From: Gemmata obscuriglobus
Lineage (GTDB): Bacteria; Planctomycetota; Planctomycetia; Gemmatales; Gemmataceae
NCBI RefSeq assembly: GCF_008065095.1
Contig: NZ_CP042911.1
Coordinates: forward strand, 1,320,001 to 1,352,000
DNA: 32,000 bases
Direction of reading: 5' to 3'
Within the stretch, counting starts at the first letter, position 1. Every line of letters starts with the position of its first letter. The position numbers and the translations under genes are program-made. Positions 8,746-18,226 of the stretch are shown here, piece after piece. The notes beneath the pieces are model-generated. The model worked only from the letters and a program-made list of their open reading frames with translations. It made no database searches and was not told where the DNA came from.

Positions 8746-11700
8746 CTAGTGGTCGTGCCCGGCGCCGAAGAACTTGCTCTTCGGGTCACCGCGGCTCCAC
8801 ACATACGCGACCAGGTCCAGCACCTCGTCGCGCGACAGCTTGTCCAGCAGCCCCTTCGACATCATCGACGTCGGGGCCTTCTTCTGCTCGGCGATGTCGG
8901 CACGCTTGATCTCCCGCGGCTTGGCGCTCGCCAGCGGGTTCTCGATGACCTTCACCACGCCGTCCTTCTCCTCGACGATCATCCCCACGAGGGCCTTCTC
9001 GTCGTTCAGGACGAACCGGTGCGCGGCGTACTTGTCGTCGATCCGCTTGGACGGCTCCAGGATGTGGTCGAGCACGTCCGCCGCGGTCTTGAACACCTTG
9101 GGGTCGAGCTTGGCCAGGTCCGGGCCGAACTCGTTCCCCTGGCCGCCGAACTTGTGGCACGCCACGCATGTCGCCACGGTGAACATCTGCCGCCCGTTGG
9201 CGAAGTTGCGGCCGCCCTTCATCTCCATCTCCTGCACCGCGTCGGCCAGCTCTTCGAGCTTCCACTCGGTGCGCGGGCGGTTGAACTTCAGCAGGTCGTC
9301 CTTCACGGGCAGCGGGTTCTTCGCGAGGTACGCCTCCGGGTTCTCCTGGTACGCCTCCAGGTCCGCGACCACGTAGAGCGCGCCGTGCATCCGCCGCCAG
9401 TGGCCCGGGTACGTGCAAACGTATGGGTAGATGCCCGGCTCCTTCGGCGCGGCGAACTTCAGTTGCTCGCTCTGCCGGGTCTGGAGCAGCTTGCTCTTCA
9501 GCAGCACCACCCCGCTCGGCATGTCGGGCACGTACTGCTTCGCCGCGGCGGCCGGCGTGGTCGCGAACGCCTCGGCCGCCGCGCCCACCTTTTCGAGATT
9601 GCCGGGCGCCACGATCACGAAGTTGTGCGGCATGATGTCCGTGTTCTCGAACACGAACTCCACCGGCTTGCCGGCCGCCACCACGAACCGCTCCTTGTCG
9701 TAGCTCATCTGGTCGAACAGCGTGCCCACGCGGATCACGCGGACCCCGATGTCGGCCAACTCCTTGCGCGCCGCCTTGGCCGCGGCGGGGTCGAGCAGTG
9801 CCGCGAGGCTCTCGCCGAGCTGCATGAAGTCGAGGGCGGTGGGCGCGGTGCGCTCCGCCACCGGCAGCGAGCGGATGTACTTCAGCACCACGTCGAGCGT
9901 GGCCTGCGCCTCGTCCTTCGGCCAGTCGCGCGACTGGATGCGCAACAGCGCCTGCACCGCCGCGGCGCGGTCGCCCTCGTCGCCGAGGAACTTCGCGATC
10001 GCCTTGAACGCGTCCGCTTCTTGGCCGCGGACGGTCGCCAGCGCGAACATCGCGGCCCGGCGGATGACCCGGTCCGGCGAGCCGCTGCCCACCTTGAACT
10101 CGGCCTTATCCTTCGGGGCCGGGTTCTTGACCGCCTGGAACACGGTCCGCTTGTCGGCGTCGAGCACCCGCACCACGAAGTTGTTCAGCCGGCTCCCGAG
10201 GTTGCCGTCGGTGCGGTTCCACACCACGACCGTCTCCACCGGCACCTCGCGCCCGAGGTCCACCTCCCACCACGGGTCGTCGGTGCCCTCCTGGGTGTGG
10301 GTCGAGGTGCCGTCGTTGTACGCCCCGCTCGTCTTACCATCGATCGCCCGGCCCGCGGCCCCGCCGGCCCCGGTGCTGCTCTGGGTCGCCTTGCCCTTGA
10401 GGGCGGCATTCGCGCCTTCGGAGAACACCTGCACCTCGGCCAGCGTGAGCGTGCGCTGCTTGCCGGGCAGCTCGATGCGCACGTACCGGCCGCTCACGCT
10501 CTTGCCGGCCGCGACCGTCTTCGCGAGTTCCGGCGGCAGCGCGGTGAGCAGTTCCTTGACCTTCGGGTACAGGGCGGCCCGCGCGCCGGGGTCGCGCACC
10601 ATCGGGGCAGCGTTGATGAAGTCCGTCAGCGCGCCCACCGACTTGGTCGCCGCGGCCCACGCCTGCTCGACGGCGCCGTCGGCGGCGATGAGCGCCACGT
10701 GCCCCATCTGCCGGGTGGTCGCGGTGCGGCCCTTCTGGGCGAGGCCGGCCAGTTCGGCGCGGGCCGCGGCCAGTTCAGCCTGGGGCCGCGAGGTCAACAG
10801 CCGGGCCAGATCGAACGCCACGCTCTCCTCCGTGGCGGCGGACTCGTCGTGCTGGGTGATGACGTTGACGAGCACCGCCAGTTCCGGCTTCTGGTCCTGC
10901 TTCGCCAGGGCCGCCAGCGCCTCGCGGCGGAACTCGTCGCGCACGCCCGGGCGGAACAGCAGTTCCAGGTACACGGCCGGGGTGCGGTCCATCTTGAGCA
11001 GGTCGTCGGTCGCCACGGACTTCAGGAAGTACCGGGCGCCGGCGGGAGTGGTGAACTTGATCGGCCGCTTATCGGCGATCGCCTTCTTCACGATCGGGTC
11101 GAGCGCCCGCATCGTCTCCTTCGCGACGTGCTCGACGAACTGGTCCGCCGGCCGGTCCTGCGCGACGAAGACCACCTCGGCGGCCTCCGGCACCGTGTAG
11201 AAGCTCGCCGCCCGGACCGCTTCCAGGCGCACGCGCGGGTGCGCGTCCCCTGCGAGCTTCTTGAGCAGTTCGAGCGAGTCCGGCACGCGGTCGCGCCAGT
11301 AGCACAGCACCCGCACCGCCGCGGCGCGGGCGCGGAAGTCCTTCGACTGGAGCACCTGCTTCAGCAGGGCGGTGTCGACGACGTTGTGGTACTGGTGCAG
11401 CCACAGCACTTCGAGCTGGAAGTGCTCGTCGGCTTCGGCGTTGCGATTAAAATTCGTCGCCCCTTGCCTCATCATCAGATCGAGCATGGCGAGTTGGAGA
11501 ACCTCTTTCGAGTCCCGCGCGCCGAGTTCGATCTTGGCGCGGGCGCGGACGCGGTCCTCCGGGTGCGCCAGGAGCTTCACGAGTTCTTCGGTCTTCTCGC
11601 CGCTGATCTTCGGCGCCTGCGAGGGCTGGCGGCCGTCGTAGGTGACCTTGTAGATGCGGCCCTTGGTGCGGTCGCGGCTGGGGTCCCGCAGGTTGTGCTG

Positions 11701-13890
11701 CATGTGCCCGATGATCGGGTTCTGCCAGTCGATGAAGTACAGCGCGCCGTCCGGCCCGGTCTTCGCGTCCACCGGGCGGAAGTTCGGGTCGCTGCTGCTG
11801 AGGATCGGCTCCTGCTCCTGGCCCGTGATGCTCCCGCCCAGGTCCGAGAGGCGGTACCGCAGGATGCCCTGGAACCCGATGCAGTTGGTGACGATCAGGT
11901 TCCCCTCCCAGTCCGCCGGGAAGTGCTGGCTGGAGAGGATCTCGATGCCGCCGCACGGCCGGGTGCGCTGCTGGTACACCTGCGGGGTGCGGCCGTGCTT
12001 CTGCGGGTACGGCAGGTGGCCGCTGAACAGCGCGGCGTGGTACGGGTTCGCGCCGGTGCCGTCCACGACGATGTCCTGGCCCCACTTGTCGAACACGTGC
12101 CCGTGCGGGTTGGCGAACCCGTAGGTCACGTACACGTCGAACTTCTGGGTGCGCGGCTCGTACCGGAACACGGCCCCGTTGGCGACCCGCTTCACCGGCC
12201 CGTAGGGGTCTTCGACCTGCGAGTGGTGGAACGTCCCTTCCTGGAAGTAGACCGCGCCGCCCGGGTCGAGGGCGAAGCTGTTGGAGGTGTGGTGCGTGTC
12301 CGCGGTGTCGAGGCCGTGGAGGACGCGCTCGCGCACGTCGGCCTTGTCGTCACCGTTGGTGTCCTTGAGGAACACCAGCTCCGGCGCCTGGGCGACGAGC
12401 ACCCCGCCGTTGTAGAACTCGAACCCGGTCGGGTTCTGGAGCCCGCCGGCGAACTCGGTCATCTTGTCGGCCTTGCCGTCGCCGTCGGTGTCCTCGAAAA
12501 TCAGGAGCTTGTCGTTGTACGGCTCGCCCGGCTTCCAGTGCGGGTAGCTGGGCCACACCGCCACCCACAGCCGGCCCTTCGCGTCCCACGCCATCTGCAC
12601 CGGCTTCGCCAGCTCCGGCCACTTCTCCTCGCTGGCGAACAGTTGGACCTTCAGCCCCTTGCCGATCGTCATCTTCTGAATGGCCTCTTCACCCGAGAGG
12701 AAGAGGTGCGTGCCGTTCGGGCCGGCGCCGGGCTTGTTGGTCGTGACCGGCACCTCTTTGGGCAGGTTGCTGTCGTCGGGCTTCGCCTCCTGCCCCTTCG
12801 CCGCGGCCCAGATCACCTTGTCGCGGTTGGCGGTCATCACGTCGAGCCGTTCCAGCTCCTTCTGCACCACCTCGTAGTTGCTCTGCCCGCCGACGAACTT
12901 GAGCCACGCCCGGCCGCCGTAAGTGGAGTAGCCGTCGGTGACGCGGTACCGCTGGTACCAGTGGAACGCCTTGTCCTGTACCGCCGGGCGGAGCTTCTCA
13001 AACAGCTTCTCGTCCAGCTTCCCTGCACCCGGGAAGAGGCCCCCATCGATCACTTTGGCGAGAAGCTGGTGCCCGCTTTCGGCCAGGTGAATGCCGTTGA
13101 TGGTGAACCGGGGGGTGTGCCAAGCTGGCGCCGCAACGGTGCCCTCGTACAGCGCTTTCATTGGCGCGAACAGATCGACGAAATGAACTCCGTTCGCTTT
13201 CGCCACTTCGGAAATGGCGCCGGTGTACAGCTCCAGGTTCTTGTTGATCGCGACGACCGCTTCGCCTGTCGGCAGGTTCGGCGACTTGTGGTCCTCGAAC
13301 GCGATCGGCGAGAACAGCACCAGCCGCGGGGCCGACTTGCCGTTGTATTTCTGGGCCAGCGTGTGCTTGACGAACGCTTCGAGGTCGCTCTTGAACTTCG
13401 GCAGGCCGGCCTCGCCGGCCCACGACTCGTTGTAGCCGAAGAAGGCGAAGATCACGTCGGCGTTGGTGCCGGCCTTCTCGAACCGGTTCGGGTTCACGAC
13501 GCTCTTGTCCGCGACCAGGTTCGGCTTCGGCACCGGGGCCTTGGCGGCGAGCCACTGGTCCGGGGTGCCGAAGTCCTCGCTCCGCAGCCGCAGCCCCGGC
13601 TCGTCGCCGGAGTAGCCCAGGTTGCGGACCGTGAGGTCGAGGTCCGGGTTGCGGGCGTACAGGAACGTCTCGACCCAGCCGTCGTGCTGCATCCGGTCGG
13701 CGAGGGTGTTGCCGATGATGCAAACGTGGTCGCCCTTTTCGAGCTTGAACGGCCCGGGGGCCGCGGCGGTCGTGGTGGTCGCGCCGGCCGCCGCGGGCGC
13801 GGGCGTGCCGGCCGGGCGTTTGAGCGCGAGCAGCACCGCCGCCGACCCCAGCACGAGGCCGACGGCGAGGAGAGTGCGGCCGACAGGCAT
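8746..13890 (-). CDS. PVC-type multidomain heme/copper protein (SGNH-like + beta-propeller dehydrogenase-like + HEAT repeats + F5/8-type-C + cupredoxin + cytochrome c)
   Basis: About 1,714 aa from ATG 13890 (GGAG 8 nt upstream; alternative start 14010). TM/signal LLAVGLVLGSAAVLLAL. Discoidin-like GRYVRIELPGKQRTLTLAEVQVFSEG...DDPWWEVDLG. Type-1 copper ligands MPHNFVI...YVCTYPGHWRRMHG. C-terminal heme motif CVACHKFGG. Confidence 0.9.
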   Translation of the reverse strand: MPVGRTLLAVGLVLGSAAVLLALKRPAGTPAPAAAGATTTTAAAPGPFKLEKGDHVCIIGNTLADRMQHDGWVETFLYARNPDLDLTVRNLGYSGDEPGLRLRSEDFGTPDQWLAAKAPVPKPNLVADKSVVNPNRFEKAGTNADVIFAFFGYNESWAGEAGLPKFKSDLEAFVKHTLAQKYNGKSAPRLVLFSPIAFEDHKSPNLPTGEAVVAINKNLELYTGAISEVAKANGVHFVDLFAPMKALYEGTVAAPAWHTPRFTINGIHLAESGHQLLAKVIDGGLFPGAGKLDEKLFEKLRPAVQDKAFHWYQRYRVTDGYSTYGGRAWLKFVGGQSNYEVVQKELERLDVMTANRDKVIWAAAKGQEAKPDDSNLPKEVPVTTNKPGAGPNGTHLFLSGEEAIQKMTIGKGLKVQLFASEEKWPELAKPVQMAWDAKGRLWVAVWPSYPHWKPGEPYNDKLLIFEDTDGDGKADKMTEFAGGLQNPTGFEFYNGGVLVAQAPELVFLKDTNGDDKADVRERVLHGLDTADTHHTSNSFALDPGGAVYFQEGTFHHSQVEDPYGPVKRVANGAVFRYEPRTQKFDVYVTYGFANPHGHVFDKWGQDIVVDGTGANPYHAALFSGHLPYPQKHGRTPQVYQQRTRPCGGIEILSSQHFPADWEGNLIVTNCIGFQGILRYRLSDLGGSITGQEQEPILSSSDPNFRPVDAKTGPDGALYFIDWQNPIIGHMQHNLRDPSRDRTKGRIYKVTYDGRQPSQAPKISGEKTEELVKLLAHPEDRVRARAKIELGARDSKEVLQLAMLDLMMRQGATNFNRNAEADEHFQLEVLWLHQYHNVVDTALLKQVLQSKDFRARAAAVRVLCYWRDRVPDSLELLKKLAGDAHPRVRLEAVRAASFYTVPEAAEVVFVAQDRPADQFVEHVAKETMRALDPIVKKAIADKRPIKFTTPAGARYFLKSVATDDLLKMDRTPAVYLELLFRPGVRDEFRREALAALAKQDQKPELAVLVNVITQHDESAATEESVAFDLARLLTSRPQAELAAARAELAGLAQKGRTATTRQMGHVALIAADGAVEQAWAAATKSVGALTDFINAAPMVRDPGARAALYPKVKELLTALPPELAKTVAAGKSVSGRYVRIELPGKQRTLTLAEVQVFSEGANAALKGKATQSSTGAGGAAGRAIDGKTSGAYNDGTSTHTQEGTDDPWWEVDLGREVPVETVVVWNRTDGNLGSRLNNFVVRVLDADKRTVFQAVKNPAPKDKAEFKVGSGSPDRVIRRAAMFALATVRGQEADAFKAIAKFLGDEGDRAAAVQALLRIQSRDWPKDEAQATLDVVLKYIRSLPVAERTAPTALDFMQLGESLAALLDPAAAKAARKELADIGVRVIRVGTLFDQMSYDKERFVVAAGKPVEFVFENTDIMPHNFVIVAPGNLEKVGAAAEAFATTPAAAAKQYVPDMPSGVVLLKSKLLQTRQSEQLKFAAPKEPGIYPYVCTYPGHWRRMHGALYVVADLEAYQENPEAYLAKNPLPVKDDLLKFNRPRTEWKLEELADAVQEMEMKGGRNFANGRQMFTVATCVACHKFGGQGNEFGPDLAKLDPKVFKTAADVLDHILEPSKRIDDKYAAHRFVLNDEKALVGMIVEEKDGVVKVIENPLASAKPREIKRADIAEQKKAPTSMMSKGLLDKLSRDEVLDLVAYVWSRGDPKSKFFGAGHDH

Positions 13891-14033
13891 AGAGCGTCTC
13901 CGAAAAGCGGCGTTGAGGAGCGATTTCGGGTAGGAGAGGTTTGTTGTACCAGACGCGACGGGCGGGGGAAACGGGAACTGACGCGCGGCCGTCTTCACGG
14001 CCGCGCGCACCGGGTCCTCAGAAACGAGGGGCG

Positions 14034-14567
14034 TTAGCGGAAGCTGTCGGGGTTCAACGCGGCCCGGCGGCGCTGGTACGCGGCGTAAGCCCGACCAAAC
14101 GCCTGAGCCTTAACGATTTCTCGGACGCTCTTTTTGATGCCGTAAGCGGCAACCCCGATCCCGATCAGCGGGAAGAGCACCTTGGCCAGAACGAACGGTC
14201 CGTTGGACGGAAATTGGCTCGTAATTCCAAACGCCATTGCGGTCCAGAACCCGCCGAACACGCCGACGGCGATCGCGGCACTGAACCCCTCACCTGTGGT
14301 TGGGGCGTACTGCCGCCCGTCCTTCGCGGTCACCAAGTGCCGCTCCCGCTCCTGCTCCCACTCTCGGTCGATGCGCTCGATCGCGTCCCGGTAGCGAGTC
14401 GCCGCGCGGTGCCGCGCCTGGGCCTCGGCCACCGGATCGGGCCGCGGTTCCGGCGCGGGTCCCAGTTGTGCCAGGATTGCGGCCTTTGCGTGCGCGAACT
14501 CCGTGTCCGTCAGGGTGCCGTTCCAGCGCAGCCCTTCGAGCTTTTTCAACTCGTCCGCGATGCTCAC
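14034..14567 (-). CDS. Membrane protein with N-terminal SHOCT-like motif
   Basis: GTG start overlaps the upstream TGA (GTGA at 14564-14567). ADELKKLEGLRWNGTLTDTEFAHAKAAIL resembles SHOCT. Two hydrophobic helices (AAIAVGVFGGFWTAMAFGI, VLFPLIGIGVAAYGI). Confidence 0.6.
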   Translation of the reverse strand: MSIADELKKLEGLRWNGTLTDTEFAHAKAAILAQLGPAPEPRPDPVAEAQARHRAATRYRDAIERIDREWEQERERHLVTAKDGRQYAPTTGEGFSAAIAVGVFGGFWTAMAFGITSQFPSNGPFVLAKVLFPLIGIGVAAYGIKKSVREIVKAQAFGRAYAAYQRRRAALNPDSFR

Positions 14568-15724
14568 GTCGATCCCCCTTCACCTGGAATGAGGAGGCAA
14601 GCCAGCAGTTCGCGCTCGAACACGGCCCAGTCCAGCCCGGTGGCGAACACCTCGACCCGACTGTCGCGCCGGTACGCCGTGGGATTCACGCTGAGCGCGC
14701 TCCCCGCCCGGTTCACGGCCGCCCACTCGTCCGGCAGGTGAAACACGCCCTTCAGGCGCGTGACCTCACGGGTATTCGCCAGAAGGGCGAGCAGCTTGGC
14801 CTCGTCGAACACGATTTGCGGGTCGAACACCCACCCGCACGCCGGCCCGCCGGCCGAAAGGTAACGTTTGACGCCGGAATGTTTCTCCTCGTTCCCTTCG
14901 GGGGGAGAGAAAGGCAACCTGCCCCCCGGCCCCCTCCCTGAAGGGAGGGGGAGAGAAGCCGCTTCTCCAGTGGCTTGCGAGTCTGGTGCGCTCAGCGGAC
15001 CAGACGAACTCCCCCTCCCTTCAGGGAGGGGGCCGGGGGGTAGGTTGCCTTTCTCTCCCCCTCCTTTCCCAGGGGCGGGGGCCGGGAAGCGAGGTTGCGG
15101 GAACAGCGGCAGCCGTTCGTCGTTCGCGCTGAGGTCGAGCCACGCCGGATCGAGGCGCCCCTGCGTCGTGCCCGCGATGAGGAGCTTGGGCGGGAACAGC
15201 CCGTTCGCCCAGCTCTGGAAGTCCGAGACGAGTTCGGGCGCGGCGGCGTCGAGCTTGTTCATCACCAGCACGTCCGCCATCTGGATCTGGTCCACGAAGA
15301 CCGGGTTGTCGCGCATCTCCGGCTTCGCGAAGTCGTGCGGATCGACGATGCCGATCGTGGCCCGCACGTCGAGCCGCCCGTGGTAGCTCATGCGGAGCGA
15401 GTCGAGGAGGCGGGCCGGGTGCCCGAGCCCCGTGGTCTCGATGATGAGCCGTTCGGGCCGGGCCTCGAGCAGCAGGAAGTGGATCGCCACCGGCAGGAAC
15501 GGCGCGCTGGCACAGCACACGCACCCGCCGCCCACCTCGCGCACCGTGACGCCCTCGGGGGCGCTGCCCTCGATCAGGGCGTCGTCGATGGAGACGGCGC
15601 CGTACTCGTTCACCAGCACGGCCCACCGCGAGCCCTTCTCCTTGCGCTGAAGGAGGTCGATCACGGCGGTGGTCTTCCCGACCCCGAGGAAGCCGGTAAT
15701 CAGGTTGGTCGGGACGGCGTGCAT
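14564..15724 (-). CDS. COG0523 / CobW-family G3E GTPase (metallochaperone-like) with repeat-encoded linker
   Basis: ATG 15724. ITGFLGVGKTT (P-loop), GGGCVCC (CxCC metal motif), IIETTGLGHP, LVMNKLD. CobW_C-like tail GWVFDPQIVFDEAKLLALL...RLKGVF. The track ORF start (16174) is an extension. Confidence 0.85.
   Translation of the reverse strand: MHAVPTNLITGFLGVGKTTAVIDLLQRKEKGSRWAVLVNEYGAVSIDDALIEGSAPEGVTVREVGGGCVCCASAPFLPVAIHFLLLEARPERLIIETTGLGHPARLLDSLRMSYHGRLDVRATIGIVDPHDFAKPEMRDNPVFVDQIQMADVLVMNKLDAAAPELVSDFQSWANGLFPPKLLIAGTTQGRLDPAWLDLSANDERLPLFPQPRFPAPAPGKGGGEKGNLPPGPLPEGRGSSSGPLSAPDSQATGEAASLPLPSGRGPGGRLPFSPPEGNEEKHSGVKRYLSAGGPACGWVFDPQIVFDEAKLLALLANTREVTRLKGVFHLPDEWAAVNRAGSALSVNPTAYRRDSRVEVFATGLDWAVFERELLACLLIPGEGGST
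14901..15061. repeat. 161-bp palindromic (MITE-like) element embedded in frame in the COG0523 gene
   Basis: 52-nt arms 14901-14952 and 15010-15061 are reverse complements at 51/52 positions (GGGGGAGAGAAAGGCAACCTGCCCCCCGGCCCCCTCCCTGAAGGGAGGGGGA). Each arm holds a nested CCCTCCC..GGGAGGG hairpin, and the centre has two more small hairpins. Confidence 0.75.
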
Positions 15725-15786
15725 CGGCTCTTTCGTGCGGTGAAGCGGCGCGGCTGGCACCGTTACTATACCGCGCGCGGTCGAGT

Positions 15787-16191
15787 TCAATCGCGGCGCT
15801 GCCCCGCCTTCTCCACGGGCTTCGTGGGGGCGGCAAAGTACCTCTTCGCCTCCGCCAACGTCTTGAACTCGGTCATCTGCACCACGTCGGACACCGGCGT
15901 CCAGACGCGCTTGCCGGCCGCCGCCTTCGCGGCCTCGTCGTCGCCGTAGTCGGGTACGGTGCCGACGATGAACGCGCGGCCCCCGAGGTGGGCGATCGTC
16001 GGCTTCTCGTACAGCGCGTACCCCGAATCGCTTTTCGAGTCCTTCGGTTTTGTGACGATGTAGAGGACAATGTCGCCGAAGGAGTGCTCGATCTCCGTGC
16101 CCCTGACGGGCGGTTCCCCGCCGGCCCGGCCGAAAAGAAGAACGACGCACGTGGCGGCGACCGCGAGCAGGCACATCGAACCGTATCGCAT
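15787..16191 (-). CDS. Hypothetical exported protein
   Basis: ATG 16191 after GGAGA. MRYGSMCLLAVAATCVVLLFG is signal-like. No family recognised. Confidence 0.5.
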   Translation of the reverse strand: MRYGSMCLLAVAATCVVLLFGRAGGEPPVRGTEIEHSFGDIVLYIVTKPKDSKSDSGYALYEKPTIAHLGGRAFIVGTVPDYGDDEAAKAAAGKRVWTPVSDVVQMTEFKTLAEAKRYFAAPTKPVEKAGQRRD

Positions 16192-16984
16192 CCGTAATCT
16201 CCGCGTCGAAGGTGCCCGAACCGTGTTGCGCGACGACATGGGCGCAGGAGTGCTGCCGGGTCGTCCGGGATAGTGATGCTATTCAGTCACTGCAACGGGT
16301 GCAAGAACGAACACGCGCGGTGCGTGTGCAATGTCAACGACGGGCCACGGACGCGAGCGTCGCGCCGTCGCGGGGACGGCAAGACGCCGGAAGTTGGACC
16401 GCCCGGACCGGCAGCGGGGCGGGGGCGGGGGGATCACTTCGACCGGCCCACCGCGGACCAACCGCCGCTGACGATCATCCGGCCGCGCCAGCACCCGACC
16501 ATCAAGATACTCGGGTTACGGCTCGGGGTGCCCGACTCGACCGTCAGTCGGGTCCGGAACCGGTGCGTGCCGCCGGCCGTCGCACCGAACCGGTCCGTCG
16601 TGTCGATTCGGGGCCGGACGTTTCAGGGTGCGTCCGCGGTTTGATCCGTGCGACTTTCGAGTTCCCAGGCTCCGTTTGTCTGCGGGCTATCGGCCCTCCG
16701 TGCGAACGGGAGTTACCGGACGGCCCCTTCGAGCGTGAACGAAACGGTGTTTGGAGACGGTGCCCCCCGGCCGGGGGTGAAGTGCTTGGTGACTGGTAAC
16801 GCCCCAACTCTTGAGCCGCGACGGTCGGCACAATTCTAATTCAATCGCACAAATACACGAAGTCGCACAAGGTCCAGATCGAAAGCGACAGGACTCGGTT
16901 CCACCTACTCAAACGAAAGGATTTCCCCTCGATTCGGCGTAACGGCTCCCCAAAAGACGCTGTTCTTGATTTCTTGCCGCACGG

Positions 16985-17050
16985 AGCCCACACCTCCTTG
17001 CGCACCAGCGCCGGGGTCTTGCACCGCAGCACGTCCATCCCCAACATCAC
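16985..17050 (-). pseudogene. Possible IS4-family transposase C-terminal fragment
   Basis: LGMDVLRCKTPALVRKEVWA resembles the conserved C-terminal ...RxKxPxMVRxExW... stretch of IS4-type DDE transposases. It is only ~20 aa and abuts the IS110 fragment. Confidence 0.25.
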
Positions 17051-17880
17051 CGTGGAAGTTCACCCGGCTGAAGCGCAAGACGGACCACGACGCCGCCCAG
17101 CGGCTGGCCGAGCTCGAGGCCATCGGCCAGTTGCCCACGGTCACCATGCCCGACCCGCGCACCCGCCAGCGGCGGCTGCTGATCGCGTTCCGACAGGAGT
17201 TGGTCGGGCAGCGGGTGGCCTGTCAGAACCGGATCCGCGCGCTGTTCGCGGCCCACGCGGTGGCCATGCCCGCCGGTGCCAAGGCGTGGACCGCGGACGG
17301 GCTGGACGTACTCGACGCCGAGGCCCGGGAGCTGAGCGACTGTGGCCCGGACGAGTTGTGGCGCGGGATGCTCGGGATCGCGGTGGCCCAGTACCGGGAC
17401 CTGGAGCACCGGATCGCCGAGACCGAGCGGGCCCTGGACCAGCTGAGCGCGGCCGACCCGGGCACCCAACTGTTGCTGTCGATCCCGGGCGTGGGTCCAC
17501 GCACCGCCGAGGCGGTGGCCGCGCACCTGGGGGATGCCAACCGGTTCGCGTCGGGCAAGCAGGTGGGCGCGTACGCGGGCCTGGTGCCGACCCAGTACCA
17601 GAGCGGTGTGACGGACCGCAAGGGGCGCATCACGCGGCGCGGCCCGGCGGTGCTGCGGAAGCTGCTGGTCGAGTGCTCGTGGTGCATGTTGCGGTACAAC
17701 CCGTGGGCCCAGGCCCAGTACAAGCGGCTCACCGGTGGCGGGACCGCGCGCAAGAAGCCGGCCATCGTGGCGGTGGCGCGGAAGCTGTTGGTGCGGTGCT
17801 GGGCCATGCTCCGCACCAACCAGCGGTGGCGCGACGACACACCCCGACCCGAAGCCACGACCGCACCCGCGACCGGATGA
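17041..17880 (+). pseudogene. IS110-family transposase, 5'-truncated (DEDD N-terminal domain missing)
   Basis: KRKTDHDAAQRLAEL...LLSIPGVGPRTAEAVAAHLGDANRFASGKQVGAYAGLVPTQYQSGVTDRKGRITRRGPAVLRKLLVECSW is the Transposase_20 / IS110 C-terminal domain. The homology starts about 90 aa into a normal protein, and there is no credible start codon. Confidence 0.8.
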
Positions 17881-18134
17881 CCGCGCCGGGGCGGCAACAA
17901 TCGCCGGATTAATTGCAGTCGCGATGAGACAGTCGATCGAACACACGTGGGCCTGTCCGCGTTAGCTCGGAGTTTGTTGCGGGGTGGGTCACCAACCTCG
18001 GCCGAACGAATGGGCGGCGCGGCGGATCGGATGGGTGGGGCCGGGCGAAGGTCCGTGACCCCGGATAGTCGAGTGCGGTTCACGCGTGGGTGTGATCGGC
18101 GGTGACGTGGGACCCGGTGCCGGACCGGGCCGTG

Positions 18135-18196
18135 GGTGTTGTCGTGCCCGCACGCGGCCCAGCGAGGGCGGGGGCCGGTGCGGGCACGACAACACC
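18135..18196. repeat. Perfect 19-bp-stem hairpin next to the array end
   Basis: GGTGTTGTCGTGCCCGCAC / GTGCGGGCACGACAACACC with a 24-nt loop. Confidence 0.4.
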
Positions 18197-18198
18197 AC

Positions 18199-18226
18199 AG
18201 AAAACGAGCGGGAAAACAATCGCTCG
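18199..18226 (-). terminator. Putative intrinsic terminator closing the cassette array (minus strand)
   Basis: The minus strand reads CGAGCG attgttttcc CGCTCG TTTTCTG, about 25 nt downstream of the last attC-like repeat. Confidence 0.45.

Noticed and set aside
8740-14037. 1,765-aa ORF on the + strand
   Set aside because: It is a mirror ORF opposite the giant minus-strand gene. Its translation is low-complexity R/L/V/G/H-rich with no motifs, whereas the minus-strand product has clear domains. This is a typical stop-poor antisense frame in high-GC DNA. The same applies to 1025-2140(+), 1722-2846(+), 4441-5637(+), 5468-6277(-), 6402-7205(-), 15095-15949(+) and 17047-17946(-).
14564-16174. 536-aa version of the COG0523 ORF (similarly the 7856-8629 and 7103-7750 extended ORFs)
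   Set aside because: The N-terminal extensions are Arg-rich junk that overlaps the neighbouring gene. Conserved domains begin at internal starts with good SD motifs (15724, 8284, 7286).
16212-16799. 195-aa and 123-aa + strand ORFs between the exported-protein gene and the IS fragments
   Set aside because: There are no motifs apart from a short HTH-like stretch, and the composition is Arg/Pro/Gly-rich. This is more likely degraded IS or intergenic DNA than a live gene.
18001-18010. Isolated GCCGAACGAA identical to the first 10 nt of the attC-like consensus
   Set aside because: There are no L box, loop or partner arm nearby. A 10-nt match in 70% GC DNA can occur by chance. It is noted only as a possible relic in the array-boundary finding.
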